The notes under the pieces: model-generated
The model's input: the letters and a program-made list of their open reading frames with translations, nothing else
What the model was told of the DNA's origin: nothing
The model's database searches: none
Shown: positions 61,629 through 64,000 of the stretch, piece by piece
Layout of the letters: the number at the start of each line of letters is the position of its first letter
Position numbering within the stretch: the first letter of the stretch is position 1
Source of the DNA: Gonapodya sp. JEL0774
Lineage: Eukaryota
Direction of reading: 5' to 3'
Length of the DNA: 64,000 bases
Assembly: GCA_027604505.1 (NCBI GenBank)
Contig: JADIIX010000060.1
Coordinates: 62,001 to 126,000, forward strand
Program-made: the position numbers and the translations under genes

Positions 61629-63917
61629 TCATTTCGGCACTGTCCTCATAGCCTGCGCCAACCAAATTGCCGCCGAGTAGACGGCAACACTGCCCGCCTG
61701 GTGAGCTGATGCGAGAGGAATTGGGACGAGATAGAGCAGGGTAAATATACCGAGCGCCGCCTGCGGGGAAGTCACAGGGAGATTAACAAGAACGGTTAGA
61801 AGGAAGCACAGAACGACAATCAGTGGGGAAAATTGAATCATACCTGACAATACGCGAGCGCCATCACGGCGTGTAAAGCAGCTTTAGCTTGCCGGGGAAT
61901 GGGAAGTCGCCGGCCATATGCGAATAAGGCGGTAGAGGAGACAAGAGTGGTATAAGCCTGCATGTGAAGCAAGGCGGATCCCGAAATAATTTTCATGCCA
62001 GTACTAATTAGTGCGTACTCATGTGCGAAAGTGCCACAAACCATCGCACTCCAACCTACCAACATCCTATGATCGAACTGCACCGCACTAGGATTCTCCA
62101 CCAAGTTGCGCCACTTCTCTACCTTTTCGCCTTTGGAATCGATCATGTTCCACATGTCGGAAGGTACGATGTTGCCCCCCATGAATGGCCACTCATTGTA
62201 AACCAAGCCGGCGTCGAGGCCGGCCACGAGGGCACCTGGATGGAAATAGTGGAGGTGCCAGACATCAAAAATTGTAAAGAATTCGTGAAAAGAGGTGGAA
62301 AGTGCACGAAATCATTGCACGTACCAGAGAACGACGTTAGGAATACTAAGCCTGCCAAAGCGACAGCTAGTCCTCTAAGGGGGCGTAGTGCAGGGTTGTT
62401 GAGTTTGTCTCGAAGGAGCTTATAGTTCGATCCGGGGTAGGACAGGAGCATGCAAACTTTAGTCAGGAGCGGGGATCGGTGATTCTGTCGATCCTTCCGA
62501 TCCGCGCACCTGCAAGTTCTTTGTCCCAACATTTCCCCTCAGCACATCCAATCCTACCCACAATGACCCTCCGTACACGAGAAATGCTGTCATCAAGTGA
62601 GCCGCCAAGCGATACTGAGACACTCGGGGAAGAGGGTTGGGGCGGGCTTCCAGGTGGTCGGGGTCGAGACCGGATTGGACCATGTACCAGCCCAGTGCGC
62701 CCTGAAATGGATTTGAGAGAGCGGCGAAAAAGTTTAGGCATCGGATTACATGGAGGGGGACTTAGAGTCGATGCTCATAGTCCCTCGTTGTGTGCTTGCG
62801 CATCACCTCCCCAAACCACCACCTAACAGACTTGACCAAACGGCATATCACGACCGCACAACACACTCAATCCAACCACAACTTACCTGTACTCCAATCA
62901 ACCCACCAATACCGGTAACTCTCCAAAGCGTCTTGTTACTGAAACGGCCCCTCGCTACGAAGTATCCGAAAGGCAATAAAAACGCCAGTCCAATAGCCCT
63001 TCCCCACATCCGGTGTGCCCACTCGTAGTAAAATATACGCTTGAATTCAGATAAGGAGAGAGAATGGTGCAAACTGGCATCCACGTTGGCAAGAGGGTTC
63101 ACAAGGGGTGCGAAAACATTCGATGCAGAGGAGGAGGAAAGACAAACAGAATGAATGAATATAAACCATAGGTCCTACCACTGCATCTTTCGCAGTGCGC
63201 AGTGAGCTTCTTCCAGCGGGGTTTCTTTGCCCTTCGCCAGATGACCCTTGCGATTGGGGTGAAATCTCACACTTTATATTCTGGAGTCGCCTTGTACTTC
63301 GCAAACTCCTCCATCCACTCATCCTCACTGCTTGGCGCCTTCATGCCCTTTATCAGGTTCCATTCCGTTATACTCAATCCAGACTCTGTCAACCGTGTCA
63401 GTCCACCCAGTACAATGATACCGTAGGTCAATCCAACGAGGGAGAGGAGCCAGTACGCGACGGAGGGCGGATCCGTCCTTGTGGACGAGTCTGAAGCCGA
63501 TTCAGAGGAAGAAGATTCGGAAGAAGAGTCGGAATAGGTAGAATCTGCTGTTACAGTTCCTACGGAAGTCGCGAAGTTCCGTATAGTGTGAACAGGGAGA
63601 GTGTGAGCATTGGAAGAGCTCCGAAGACCAAGAGGAGAGTGTCGATTTTCGTAGAAAGGCTGAGAACATCCACGTGCCGAAGAAGGAAGGACAAGAAAAC
63701 CACGGTACTGTAGAGTGCCAACGATTTCATTGGCCTCCAAATTGGAAAATAGTGAACCTCCAGTCATCCTCGCCACCCTGATCGCCCTCTTGGTCGTGTT
63801 TACTGAAGTCGCCTTCCCTACCCATTGTGTCTGCCCGTATGTCCCCAAAACTCGACAGCTCAACGATCTGGCAGGTGCCGCCGAGCGAGCCACGCGCGAC
63901 ACCAGCGGAAAATGCAT
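61629..63917 (-). CDS. COX15: Heme A synthase COX15
   Basis: [79 protein letters not shown]. Arg/Ser-rich N-terminus consistent with a presequence. Confidence 0.96.
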
Positions 63918-64000
63918 CGAGAAACAAGGAGAGATTGCGGATGCGAATTGAGTCCTGATGCTCGTCAATCAAAGGCTGGAAAGCTGTCGATTTGAAGTTG

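Noticed and set aside
1..64000. tRNA, rRNA or telomeric repeats
   Set aside because: No cloverleaf with T-loop consensus, rRNA-like segment or TTAGGG array was noticed by eye; tRNAscan-SE and barrnap would be needed to exclude them formally.

Overview
Eukaryotic nuclear DNA from an intron-rich fungus, most likely an early-diverging (chytrid-like) lineage. That is inferred from the GT-AG introns, fungal-type housekeeping genes and a CHD6-9/kismet-type remodeler. Splicing by eye gives about 18 genes: a twin-CX9C microprotein, DAD1/OST2, a DUF1909/At2g23090-like zinc-finger microprotein, a Mus81-N-like HhH protein, RPL23, CCT4, an ABCA transporter, a low-complexity putative actin regulator, a CHD7-like remodeler, striatin, a cyclin, NAXD, a VC0807-like membrane protein, a divergent TFIIB paralog, an intronless MirB-like siderophore transporter, RPL12, XPO1/CRM1 and COX15. 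An accessory-looking block of about 13 kb (38.6-51.4 kb) sits between NAXD and RPL12. It holds a decayed, CpG-depleted kinase-Sel1 gene with one Sel1 repeat inverted in place, a partial NAXD duplicate, two horizontal-transfer candidates and the TFIIB paralog. The most unusual non-coding signals are a multi-hairpin cassette (GNA loops, tandem GA mismatches) found just after the 5' splice site of two adjacent RPL12 introns, and long introns with a G-rich 5' half and C-rich 3' half confined to certain genes. All family assignments come from motif recognition by eye; no database search was run.
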